A stretch of 64,000 nucleotides of DNA from Histomonas meleagridis 2922-C6/04-290x (taxonomy: Eukaryota; Protista; Parabasalia): the NCBI GenBank assembly GCA_020184695.1, contig JAANOX010000004.1, positions 124,001-188,000 of the forward strand, given 5' to 3'. Made by a program: the position numbers and the translations under genes. The notes beneath the pieces were generated by a model. It saw only the letters and a list, made by a program, of their open reading frames with translations, had not been told where the DNA came from and ran no database searches. Positions 1 to 10,313 of the stretch are shown here, in pieces (the stretch's first letter is position 1; every line of letters begins with the position of its first letter).

Positions 1-95
1 AAGAAATAAACCATCATATTACAGGAAATAAATCAAGTGAAGGTAATTTCAATGAAACAAAACAACTTACAGAAAGCAAAGAAATTCAATCTAAA

Positions 96-854
96 ATGGA
101 AGACAAAGATATAAAATCCGATGAAAACATAATTAGTCAAATACCCGACTTCGACAGCCAAGATTTGTTTAATCAAGAATCACCAAATAAAGGAATTGAT
201 GATCCTTCTTTGATTCATGAACTCAACTCTACAATAATTCGTCTTCCGGGCCACAAAGTTCCAAAAGGTATTATCCCATATATAGTTCGGCGCGAGAACA
301 AACTTTCACTTCATGGCAAAAGGACTATTTTTCAACTTCTTCTCGGCGGTAAAGTCATTCTTTCTTCAAAGATTAAAACGTTATATTCCACGGATTTTAT
401 TCATATATCGAGTGATAATAAATATCATTTTAGTAATAAAAATGATTGTGGGACTATTCGTGTTTATGATAATTTCACCAATTTTTCACTACGAAAAGGT
501 AATGAATTTGGTGATGAAATTATGACAATGAAATTTATTCCATCAAAAATCCAATATGCGCCAAGAGATGTTGAATTAGTTTTCATTTTCCCACCAAATG
601 ATATTTCGCCAAAGTTAAAAAACAGAAAACCTAAAATAACTGCTGCTTCAACATGGTCATTAAATCTTAATGGAAGAACAGCTAAAAGATCAAATAAAAA
701 TTGTATTCTTGTTGATGATAATGATAAAGAACATATTGTAATTTTAAAGCATCATTCATCTGAATTATATATCGAAACAATACCTTCAATTAGTTCATTA
801 TGTATTTTTGCTACCGGAATTTGTTCATTTTTATGTAAATTAAAAAGTACATGA
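96..854 (+). CDS. Tubby C-terminal-like domain protein
   Basis: 252-aa ORF; C-terminus WSLNLNGRTAKRSNKNCILV...LCIFATGICSF resembles the Tubby motif LNFHGRVTQASVKNFQ...ALQAFAIALSSF. Confidence 0.55.
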   Translation: MEDKDIKSDENIISQIPDFDSQDLFNQESPNKGIDDPSLIHELNSTIIRLPGHKVPKGIIPYIVRRENKLSLHGKRTIFQLLLGGKVILSSKIKTLYSTDFIHISSDNKYHFSNKNDCGTIRVYDNFTNFSLRKGNEFGDEIMTMKFIPSKIQYAPRDVELVFIFPPNDISPKLKNRKPKITAASTWSLNLNGRTAKRSNKNCILVDDNDKEHIVILKHHSSELYIETIPSISSLCIFATGICSFLCKLKST

Positions 855-870
855 AAACAAAACAAAAATT

Positions 871-2226
871 TTATTGGAAAAATTGTGTGGCAATAAGATC
901 CGGAAATTCATCTGTTGGAATCGGTGCTGCAAAATTAAGAATTGCTTTCTTAAGGGGTTCAATGATCTTTTTCTTGGAAACTTCTTGATCAGCACCTTCA
1001 ATTTCTATTGTGCCAATCGTAGAAAGTTTCATTTGTTCATTGACATCAAATGTAAGATTTCCAAGTTTACTTAGAAGAAATCGAATTTCTTTTTTCTTTC
1101 CTTCAAATGATTCAAACAATTGATGGAACGAATTATAATCATCTTTATGTTGTGGGTCCATAACAATAAGGATTTTAACAACAGAATCACATAAGATATT
1201 AACAGATTTTTCAAAAAAATTGTTCAACATAACTTCTCGATTTGATGATGCGTCATCGACCGTTTGTTCGGGGCGCTCTGTTTCCTCTGTTGGGGTGCCC
1301 TGATCGATCACTTCACTTTCTTCTTTTTGTGATGCGACAAGTGATGTAAGAAATTCATCTTTTTCTTTAAGTTCTTCTGTTAAATTTTTTATTCTTTCGT
1401 TATTTTTTGTGATTTTTTCCGTAAGTTCATCATGTTGATGCCTAAGAAGGTTTCTTTCCATTTTGAGTTGTTTGTTAAGATTGATAAGTTTTGAATTATC
1501 ACCAATAACTGATTTGGAATTTGTAACCATTGTTGAATATTTTTTGATCTCTGAATCAATATCTTTCATCATTTTAATGACTGTTTTCTCAATGTTTCCA
1601 TAAGCCATTTCTCGATATTTCGTTTTTTCTTGTTCAACTGCTTCTTGAAGTTCTGCTTGATGTTTGACGTCAAGAAGATAATATTCAGTAAGGGTATTAG
1701 AAAGTTGCTGGTTTTGTTCTGCCTTTTCCTTATTGAGCATTTGCTCAGCTTCATTAATCTCATTTTTAAATTGAGACTCAAGAGTTGCAATCGAGGAGAG
1801 TGAAGCTAGTCTTTGTTTATTTGATTTTATTGTGTTCTTTAATTGCTTTAATTCAAGTTCTTGAGATTCTTTTAATTGTTGATGTTCTGCTTGAAGTCGT
1901 TCAACCAATTCTTCAAGGTCCCTTTGAGCATCTTTAAGCTTGTTTTGGTATATTTGAATTTTTTGTTCTTTATCATGAATTTTAAGAGATAAATAATTAC
2001 TTACTTCATCAAAATCTATTTTGTGCATTTCGTTTTTCTTTTGTTCTGTTCTTCTGGCAGTTGTTGCTTGTTGTGTTTTTAGAAGTGTTTGCTCATAATT
2101 TTTAATACTTTGAGTATTTACATCTCCTAGATTTTTTCTTTCAAATTGCACAGCTGTTGTTACTGCGGGACCCTTCTTCCCGTACGGGATTTCTGTCACA
2201 GGTTTTTTAATTTTGTTCCTGGACAT
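871..2226 (-). CDS. Long coiled-coil protein (possibly CFAP157-like flagellar protein)
   Basis: ORF 871..2352; likely start is ATG 2226 (MSRNKIKK); extended E/K/Q/L heptad pattern; family call is only a weak resemblance. Confidence 0.6.
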   Translation of the reverse strand: MSRNKIKKPVTEIPYGKKGPAVTTAVQFERKNLGDVNTQSIKNYEQTLLKTQQATTARRTEQKKNEMHKIDFDEVSNYLSLKIHDKEQKIQIYQNKLKDAQRDLEELVERLQAEHQQLKESQELELKQLKNTIKSNKQRLASLSSIATLESQFKNEINEAEQMLNKEKAEQNQQLSNTLTEYYLLDVKHQAELQEAVEQEKTKYREMAYGNIEKTVIKMMKDIDSEIKKYSTMVTNSKSVIGDNSKLINLNKQLKMERNLLRHQHDELTEKITKNNERIKNLTEELKEKDEFLTSLVASQKEESEVIDQGTPTEETERPEQTVDDASSNREVMLNNFFEKSVNILCDSVVKILIVMDPQHKDDYNSFHQLFESFEGKKKEIRFLLSKLGNLTFDVNEQMKLSTIGTIEIEGADQEVSKKKIIEPLKKAILNFAAPIPTDEFPDLIATQFFQ

Positions 2227-2541
2227 ATTCGACCGTTTGCATGATACGTTTTTTTGGTTTAAGAAGTCTTCTTTCCTGAAATCTTTGTAAAATGAAGAGG
2301 AACTTATACTAACAGCATAGAATACATCCCATTTCAAATGGATAAAACACAAAAAATCTCAAAACTCAAATTTGTTAATTCATGAATATGTTCAAAAACC
2401 GATGTGAGCGCACGTGTTTGTTCGATGCGTTTTTTTGGTTACCTCAACAAAGAAATCGTTCCTTTAAACATGTGAAAACAAAAACAAATTTAAATATATT
2501 TACAAACAAAATTTCTATTATATATTATATATATATATATA

Positions 2542-5500
2542 TTAACTTACAATTCCCACGATATGGAACGACGTACCATTTGCCACGAAACCCAATGCCG
2601 GCGTCATCTGATTCAGCGCCGACACGTTAATTTTTATTTGATTTCTTTTCTGTGTATACAATGCGTCCAGCACCGAAAATTGTTTTTTCGAGTTTATGTC
2701 TATGATTGCCAAATTATTTCCATTGCTACACAACGTAATTGGCGCCCACATGCACGTGTCGACGGTATTTGCGTTCATATTATTCACCAACAAATTCTCT
2801 TGCGAAGGCATTCGTATATCGATCATTGATAATGAACCATCTTTAAACGTTATAATGAATTGGTTTTGTGAACAAGACTTAAAGTCAATTGGCTCTTTTT
2901 TGATACATGAAACTATTGATATATTATTTAAGTCTCTTATATCAATGAATTTTAAATCTTTTGAACCAATTCCAATTATATTATCTTTACTTTGTACTGA
3001 TCGAATTACATTTATATTATATGAATTATCGGATTTAATTTTAATTGGAGTATCATAATAACATAATTCTGCATTCCATCGTTGGATTATATTTGGTTCA
3101 ATTGATGCATATAATATATTATGATATAATTCAAGTGTTGGTAAATTATTTGTTGGTAATAAATTCTCTGTTTTAAGTTGAAAACAATCTGCAATTATTG
3201 GGGTGACTGATAATAAATTAGAGACAATTGATATGTCGCCTTTACGTGTTGAGATTAATGATGCTTCATTAATAGGAATGATTTTATGTATCGTATGTTT
3301 ACAACTAACTAAACTAAATAATTTGGATGAATTATGTACTAATTCATTAGTATGATTACTATAATCTCGAATGATTAAATTACCATCAGAATCTCCAACT
3401 ACAAGTTTCTCAGTACCAAAAAATGCGATGTTTGATGTAATAGGTAAATTATAATCAAAATAATCAATTTCCGAAAATTTGAAATTGGAATTAGACGTGT
3501 CAATAAAGATATCAATGAATGAGATACTTTCTTCTTTTAATGGCATAGAAAATGGTGGAGAAGTATATTCAGAGATTTTGGGGTACTCCGATTCAATAAA
3601 CGCATCAAATGAACCTTTTAAAAGGGTTGTGACAACATCAAAACTTTCGGACGTTGACTCAGTTGCCTTTAAATATATTTCTGGATGCGGATCATTTTCG
3701 AGGAGTTTTAACATTATTAAAACCTTATTTTTGATTTCTGTTGTTATCGAGGTATTATTTAATGAATGTTTTAATAATATTAATAAATGAATTCGTACTA
3801 TATGTGAAGGTTCATTAAGATAAAAATCTAAAATTTTTAAAAATAATGATCCAAAACTTTGAAATATGTTATCCTTATAATCAATAATCGATGTTAACGC
3901 AGATAAAAAGGCTGCACGAATCTCGCAGCTTGATGATTTGCCGGTTGAAAGTACAACTTTTTCAATGGGTATCTGTTGAATTTGTTGATTTTCTTTTGAT
4001 GCATAAATTAAATAATTTGAGACAAACATCAAAATCCAAAACTTTACAACTAATGAATTGTTTGTGATTTGTTTTAGGATTAATGAAAACATGTTTGTGG
4101 AAATCGTCGACATTTCTTCAATTGGATCTAATTTTATATCAGTAATTAATATAATTAAGGCTAAAACAAGACAAATAGAATTGTTAGTATTCATTAATAG
4201 TAAATTAATTAATTTGGAACCACTACAAGTAAAAGGAATTAAGTTTTCATTCGAATTATTATACGCAAAAGCAATTAATTTGGCAAAACAATATGAAATA
4301 GGGATTAATAAATTAACATTATTTTGACTTTGAATCGATAACAAAATTGGTAAAATCCCAAAACATAACGAAGTACGTAACGCTTTAACACCAGTGTCAA
4401 TAAACTTAGTAAACGAAATAATTGATCGTTCAATCAAATTTGTATCAAGTAAGATCAATGGTAACAAAGAAATTTCTGGAACTTCTGCTTCCAAAAAATT
4501 CATTTCTAGTGAATTCTCAATTGTAGTTAACGCATTACTTAAGAAAAATGTCATATCTTCTGATATTTGTTGTTGCCCAATACTTTTCGATGATTCTATT
4601 TCTGTGAGTCTAAACAACACTGTGTCCAAATATAAGTCAAAAAAATCCCATAAATGATGTCGTGAGAAATCTGGAATTTCCGGATATGACATTGGCGTAA
4701 AGCCAATTTCACTACCGATCCGTTGTGCAACGCAAAAGTTGACATATAACTTCCCGACTTTTTGGTCTCGATAAAACAAATCGAACAAATTATTTGGTGT
4801 CAGTGATGAATATGCCATTGCTTTCACCAGGCATTGAAGAAGACGTTCAATCTCATAAGAAAACAACAGCAAATGTGGGTGTACCCGATTTTCATCTGAG
4901 AATTGGTTAAGTTGAAATTGATGAAGTCCTCCTGAATCAAATGCATAAAATTGTCTAGAGCCCCATAACATTGATATATATGCTGGCGTCAGCAAACACG
5001 ATGTGAACAAATCAGAGGGCAGTCCAATACGGTGCGGTAAGCACTCGTTTGGTCCGCATGAAAAAAACGCTATTTGGTCGCGACCGTTAGCGGCCTCTGA
5101 AAAAGTTTTAAATAAACCGCCGCTGAAATCTGCATCGAATATAAAGCAACCAGGAATAGGTAATGAGTTAACTAATGTCGATATTGGTAATTCGGACTTA
5201 TCAAATCCTTCATCTGGTGGAAGAATTAAGGAATCTTCGGTAACTGGTTCTGGTGTACCATGTCCATTAAAAATGAAAAGACATCGATTACTTGGATCTA
5301 ATGTTTGGAATTGTTGAAATAATTGTAAGATTTTGTTCGGGGATGGATCTGTTAATGTAAAGACATTGTCTTGGACATATGTTGCTAAACTATTACGGAG
5401 TTGAAACGCTACAGCTTCGGATACTGAAGCAGAGTCGCGATTCTTCATATCAGTCCAACAATAATGTCGTGATGATAACTCTAAACCGGCCCACCGCATA

Positions 5501-5715
5501 TTACGCTCGAGATGAAATAAGCAGACAATGGCAGCGCTTACTGTGATATCGGTGATTGGTGAATTCGACTGTTGCTTATTTGTGGATTTGGATGAAATTA
5601 AAGATTTTAAATCAAACCTCCATAGCTGAGACAAGCCATCACGGATTCTGCCCTGTATTGATGTTTGCTTTTCATATGTTGATTTTCTTCTTACATTTGA
5701 TATTCTTCTTTTCAT
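2542..5715 (-). CDS. RPTOR: Raptor/KOG1-like protein (Raptor N-terminal caspase-like domain, HEAT region, degenerate WD40)
   Basis: 1057 aa; RCLFIFNGHGTPEP and FSCGPNECLP..LPSDLFTSCLLTP match Raptor N-terminal signatures; C-terminal beta-propeller-like region. Confidence 0.75.
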   Translation of the reverse strand: MKRRISNVRRKSTYEKQTSIQGRIRDGLSQLWRFDLKSLISSKSTNKQQSNSPITDITVSAAIVCLFHLERNMRWAGLELSSRHYCWTDMKNRDSASVSEAVAFQLRNSLATYVQDNVFTLTDPSPNKILQLFQQFQTLDPSNRCLFIFNGHGTPEPVTEDSLILPPDEGFDKSELPISTLVNSLPIPGCFIFDADFSGGLFKTFSEAANGRDQIAFFSCGPNECLPHRIGLPSDLFTSCLLTPAYISMLWGSRQFYAFDSGGLHQFQLNQFSDENRVHPHLLLFSYEIERLLQCLVKAMAYSSLTPNNLFDLFYRDQKVGKLYVNFCVAQRIGSEIGFTPMSYPEIPDFSRHHLWDFFDLYLDTVLFRLTEIESSKSIGQQQISEDMTFFLSNALTTIENSLEMNFLEAEVPEISLLPLILLDTNLIERSIISFTKFIDTGVKALRTSLCFGILPILLSIQSQNNVNLLIPISYCFAKLIAFAYNNSNENLIPFTCSGSKLINLLLMNTNNSICLVLALIILITDIKLDPIEEMSTISTNMFSLILKQITNNSLVVKFWILMFVSNYLIYASKENQQIQQIPIEKVVLSTGKSSSCEIRAAFLSALTSIIDYKDNIFQSFGSLFLKILDFYLNEPSHIVRIHLLILLKHSLNNTSITTEIKNKVLIMLKLLENDPHPEIYLKATESTSESFDVVTTLLKGSFDAFIESEYPKISEYTSPPFSMPLKEESISFIDIFIDTSNSNFKFSEIDYFDYNLPITSNIAFFGTEKLVVGDSDGNLIIRDYSNHTNELVHNSSKLFSLVSCKHTIHKIIPINEASLISTRKGDISIVSNLLSVTPIIADCFQLKTENLLPTNNLPTLELYHNILYASIEPNIIQRWNAELCYYDTPIKIKSDNSYNINVIRSVQSKDNIIGIGSKDLKFIDIRDLNNISIVSCIKKEPIDFKSCSQNQFIITFKDGSLSMIDIRMPSQENLLVNNMNANTVDTCMWAPITLCSNGNNLAIIDINSKKQFSVLDALYTQKRNQIKINVSALNQMTPALGFVANGTSFHIVGIVS

Positions 5716-5822
5716 TTTTTGAATAAATTGACTCTACTGTTAAATTTTTGACAGAACACAAAACAACCCGACTTTTTGCATGCTTTACATATTTGTATAG
5801 ATTAGTTGATTTATTCAAAATG
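5713..5822. promoter_or_regulatory. Short divergent promoter with mirrored Inr-like ATTTATTCAAAA(A)ATG elements
   Basis: ATTTATTCAAAAAATG precedes the Raptor ATG (minus strand) and ATTTATTCAAAATG precedes the ankyrin gene ATG at 5820; resembles the parabasalid TCA initiator. Confidence 0.45.
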
Positions 5823-6107
5823 AACAACAAAAGTGAAACAAATCAATCTCAAAATGAATGGGAATCATTTGTAATGCTCAAAAATACAATCTTTGGTTTG
5901 AATATAGATAATTTTGTTCAATCATCGAATTTTATAATCAGCAAATTTTGTAAAGAATATTCAATATCTTATAATATAAGTATAAGCCGAATGATATATA
6001 ATTCCCTTTTGATCAAAAGTAACAGTTTTTATATATATTTAAGTTTATTACAGGAAATTGAAAAATTTGAAGAAAATAGTAAAATCACTTCAAAAATAAT
6101 AGACTTA

Positions 6108-7400
6108 TAAGGTGTTCCACCCCTACCGTAGTATCTCTTTATATAGAATAGATACAATAATATTTTTTATATAAATAAAAACACTAAATTTAATGGGTTT
6201 TGTTTTTTATTTAAAAATAATTTTTGTCAAGTCTATCATTAACTAATAATCGATTTTTCTTTAATTGAATGCAAAAAAATGACGTTTAAAATTTTTACCC
6301 CTCCATTATGGAGCTTGATCAAAAATCAATCACAATATATCTCGCGATGAAGGGAATGTCAGCAAAAGCGATTCATACCGAAATGGAGATCATATTGGGC
6401 GAAGAATGTATTTCATATTCAACAGTATGTAAATACCTCAAACAAAGAAGTTTTGATCAAACAATGTCACCTAACATTAGTGAACCGATTACCCCTATTG
6501 ACGAAAATGTTGATTTAAAAATTTTGGAAATTTTAGATAAATTTCCATATGCTTCAATAAGACAAATAGCTAAGTTAACAGAGATTCCAAACACTACTGT
6601 ATATAGGCATCTTACTGAAAAGCTTGGCTATGAAAATAAACTTTTAAAATGGGTTCCACATTTACTGACGGAAGATATTAAAAAACAAAGAGTCACTAAA
6701 TCAATTCAACTTTTAAAGACATTAGAGATTGCAAGACATAACAGTTATAAATATTTTATAACAGGTGATGAGTCCTGGTTTTATTACGATCATTATTATG
6801 TTCGACAATGGATACCACGAGGAACACCACGAGGTACAATAAGCAAAAGGACTATTACGCAAAAAAAAGTAATGTTGACGGTTTTTTGGAATCCCCACGG
6901 ATTTAAAGTTATTGACTATTTTTCAAAGGGTGAAACATATAATTCACAATATTATGTAAAATATATTTAATCAAAACTTTCCAAAAAGAATGGTACAAAT
7001 CCTAAAAATGACACAAGAAAAATTACTGTACATGCCGACAATGCAAAACCGCATACGTCGAGATATACAATCTTATATATGGACTCCAACAAGCTCAAAA
7101 GGGCACCTCATCCCCCTACTCCCCAGATATAGCTCCTTCAGGCTTTTTCCTATTTGGGTACGTAAAAGGAAAAATGGAAGGATTTCAATATGAGAGTAGA
7201 GAACAGGTTGAAGAAAAAGTGACTTCAATATTATTAAATATACCGAAAGAAACTTTGTAAAGCGTTTTTGACGAATGGGAAAAAAGACTTAAAAAAGTTA
7301 TCGAAACAAATGGAGAGTATATAAACATTTCATTTTTATTAATAAATTTAAAAAAACTTAAAAAATGAGTGAGATACTACAGTTGGGGTGGAACACCCTA
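6108..7400 (+). mobile_element. Mariner (DD34D-type) DNA transposon, 1293 bp, degenerate
   Basis: 30-bp TIRs TAAGGTGTTCCACCCCTACCGTAGTATCTC vs revcomp TAGGGTGTTCCACCCCAACTGTAGTATCTC (3 mismatches); TA TSD at 6106-6107 and 7401-7402. Confidence 0.93.
6308..7368 (+). pseudogene. Mariner transposase, frameshifted, third catalytic Asp changed to Gly
   Basis: KWVPHLL, ITGDESWF, HADNAKPH and YSPDIAPSGFFLF motifs (34 residues between D2 and the D3 position); frameshifts near 6965 and 7115; in-frame TAA near 7258. Confidence 0.88.
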
Positions 7401-8281
7401 TATTTTCTCAATTTCTTCTTAGAAAAAATACACAAGAATCATTTTACTTTCTTAATTACATGATTAAATATAATTTACTTGAAGCAAAAGTCATTCAAAA
7501 TAAAGGCAAACCATTTTTTGTTCATATTAATCAAAATAAATTTGATAAATATGAATATTCATTTTATAAAGAAAATATTGCTTATGAAGAACTTTCGAAG
7601 AATGATTTTGCATTTCATAAGAAATTAATTAAAGAAGGAGTTAATCCAAAAGAAATTGCTAAAATAATTAGAAATGATGAAATCGAAAAACTTCAAGAAA
7701 TATCATCACAAAACGATTTTGATTTTAACCAGAAAATTAAATCATCAATTTATGAAAGATGTTCATTCATTAATAAAGAAAATGTTACATTAATTGATTA
7801 TGCAGCATTTTTTTCTTCAGTTAAATGTTTTAAATATTTACTTATGAATGGCGCAGGAGTAGAAAATGCAGGTAAATATGCTGTTGCAGGTGGAAATATT
7901 GAAATTGTTCATTTATGTGAACAAAATCATTCATCATTTTATGATTCATATGAAGCAGCAATCAAGTTTCATCGAAATGATGTCCTTAAGTATATTTATG
8001 AAAACAGATTCGAAAAAATTAAAAAATTAGAAGAATTAGGAGTAATATGTGTTTCACATTTTAATTATGAAATTTTTACATATTTAGAAAATGAAGGAAT
8101 GAAAATTAATGAAAATATCATTAATAAAGCAGCAAAAATTGGAAATATTTTTCTTGTAAAATATTCCCTTAAAAATAATCAACTTCCAGAAAATATTTTA
8201 GTTTTTGCTTCATTTTCAGGAAACATTGAACTTGTTACATACATTTTAAATAAAAAAGGATTTTATGCTAATGCGAAAGAT

Positions 8282-9304
8282 ATTTCTAAATTTTATATAA
8301 TATTGATATTAATAATATAGTATTTCAAAATAATATTTGGAAATTACTTAAATTATTTAAAACAGCACTTATGTATGCAACCAAATATGATTATATAGAA
8401 ATAGTTAAATTACTTCTTGAACAAGAAGGAATTGATATTAATGCTAAAGATATTTATTTGTTGTATTTAAAATTTATTTTAATAATTTTCTATTTAAAAA
8501 TAATATTTGGAAATTAATTCAAATATTTGAAACAGCACTTATGAATGCATCCGAAAAAGGTCATACAGAAATAGTTAAATTACTTCTTGAACGAGGAGGA
8601 ATTGATATTAATGCTAAAGATATTTATTTGTTTTATTTAATATTTATTTTAATATTTTAAAAATTCAAAATAATATTTGGAAATTATTTAAATTATTTGA
8701 AACAGCACTTATGAAGGCATCTTCAAGAGGTTATATAGAAATCGTTAAATTACTTCTTGAACGAGGAGGAATTGATATTAATGCTAAAGATATTTATTTG
8801 TTTTATTTAATATTTATTTTAATAATTTGATATTTCAAAATAATATTTGGAAATTATTTAAATTATTTAAAACAGCACTTATATTAGCATCTGAAAAATA
8901 TCATATAGAAATAGTTAAATTACTTCTTGAACAAGAAGGAATTGATATTAATGTTAAAGATATTTATTTGTTTTATTTGATATTTATTTTAATAATTTTA
9001 TATTTCAAAATAATATTTGGAAATTATTTAAAATATTTAGAACATCACTTATGAAAGCATCTGAAAATGGTCGTACAGAAATCGTTAAATTACTTCTTGA
9101 ACAAGAAGGAATTGATATTAATGCTAAAGATATTTATTTGTTTTATTTAATATTTATTTTAATAATTTTATTATATTTCAAAATAATATTTGGAAATTAT
9201 TTCAAATATTTGAAACAGCACTTATGAATGCATCCGAAAAAGGTCATACAGAAATAGTTAAATTACTTCATGAACAAGAAAGAATTGATATCAATGCTAA
9301 AAAT
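8282..9304 (+). repeat. 170-bp tandem array: six 90-nt ankyrin coding modules alternating with 80-nt (one 83-nt) AT-rich spacers
   Basis: Modules start at 8362, 8532, 8702, 8872, 9042, 9215 and read TALxxAxxxxxxEIVKLLxExxxIDINxK[DN] without stops; period 170/173 is not a multiple of 3. Confidence 0.95.
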
Positions 9305-10013
9305 ATTTTTTTATTTTATTTTAAAAATTCAAAGTGGTATATAAAAATTATTCGAATAATTGAATGCAGTGAACATGGGCAATTTTGTAATTCATTGACT
9401 AATTTTTATATTCAGGATATTTTGGTAAGATCAAAAAAGCCATATCGTACACATTGACCACTCTAACTGGCCGCCAATCGATTACAACATGTTGTGCAAA
9501 TAAATATTTTGTTTCAATCGGAAAATTTTGTAGGATCTTTCATATAGAATATCAAAATCTTAAACAAAAATTATGTATGAAACAAATATTGCACATTTAT
9601 AAAAAAAAAATAATTTTTTACATGATGATTTTAAACATGAAACTAGATAAAATCAAAGCTTCAAAATTTCAAAAATCAATTTTGAAAAATTCTTGATTAT
9701 TTTAATTTTCCTTGAAATTTTAATTTTGGCTTGTTTAATTGATATAAAATACGATTTATAAATATTGTTGGTGGGTATTTTGATTCTATTAAAGTGAAAT
9801 TAATTGGAAAAATAAAAAAATGAAAAAATTAAAAATCGGATTTTATATCAATTAAAAATATCTTTTAATACTAAGATACATCAAAACATAACTTCAAAAT
9901 CATGAGATCTATTATTGTTGTGATTGAATTTCATGAATACGTTTATGGGGTGGAGATCTCGAAGAAAAAAATACGTTAACGTACAAAAAAAGTTCTATAA
10001 ATTAAAAAATTTC

Positions 10014-10085
10014 TTCCGATACGGGGAGTCGAACCCCGCTCCCGTGGATGAAAACCACATATCCTAACCGATGAACGATATCGGA
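10014..10085 (-). tRNA. tRNA-Glu (anticodon TTC)
   Basis: Revcomp TCCGATATCGTTCATCGGTTAGGATATGTGGTTTTCATCCACGGGAGCGGGGTTCGACTCCCCGTATCGGAA folds as a 72-nt cloverleaf with GTTCGAC T-loop. Confidence 0.95.
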
Positions 10086-10313
10086 ATTCATATTTAGAGA
10101 TGAAAAATTATATGACAATACTTTAAATAAATTGAATAGGGTGATTTAATTAATTTTTTGTGAAAATTTTTATTAGTTTAGCTCATAACACTTAGCAAAG
10201 AGTTGAAATAGCATTAGGAGTTACACCTTTTTATCACAAATTAAAGTTTTATTATGAGTTCAAAATAAAGAAAAGTGCATCAAACTTTGATGTGATTTAA
10301 TTAAAAATATTTT

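Larger units (their letters stand above)
5820..9304 (+). pseudogene. DUF3447/ankyrin-repeat gene interrupted by a mariner; followed by six spacer-separated ankyrin modules
   Basis: ORF parts 5820..6107 and 7403..8320 join in frame (IIDL|FSQFLLRKN) when the element plus one TA is removed; LIDYAAFFSSVKCFKYLLMNG...YAVAGGNIEIVHLCEQ is typical DUF3447. Confidence 0.85.

Noticed and set aside
8504-8534. Hairpin TTCAAATATTTGAA in the 17-nt spacer segment as conserved RNA structure
   Set aside because: The pairing register shifts by one base between spacer copies, so there is no true covariation; such hairpins are expected in AT-rich DNA.
8970-9040. A 71-nt GT...AG segment that would restore frame in one ankyrin spacer
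   Set aside because: Only this spacer has AG at that position (others have GA or AA); the first spacer lacks the GT; no GTAYGT donor or ACTAAC branch motif. Probably coincidental, but worth watching in RNA data.
8282-9304. CRISPR-like repeat/spacer array
   Set aside because: Units are 170 bp, the variable parts are homologous ankyrin codons, the context is eukaryotic and no cas genes are present.
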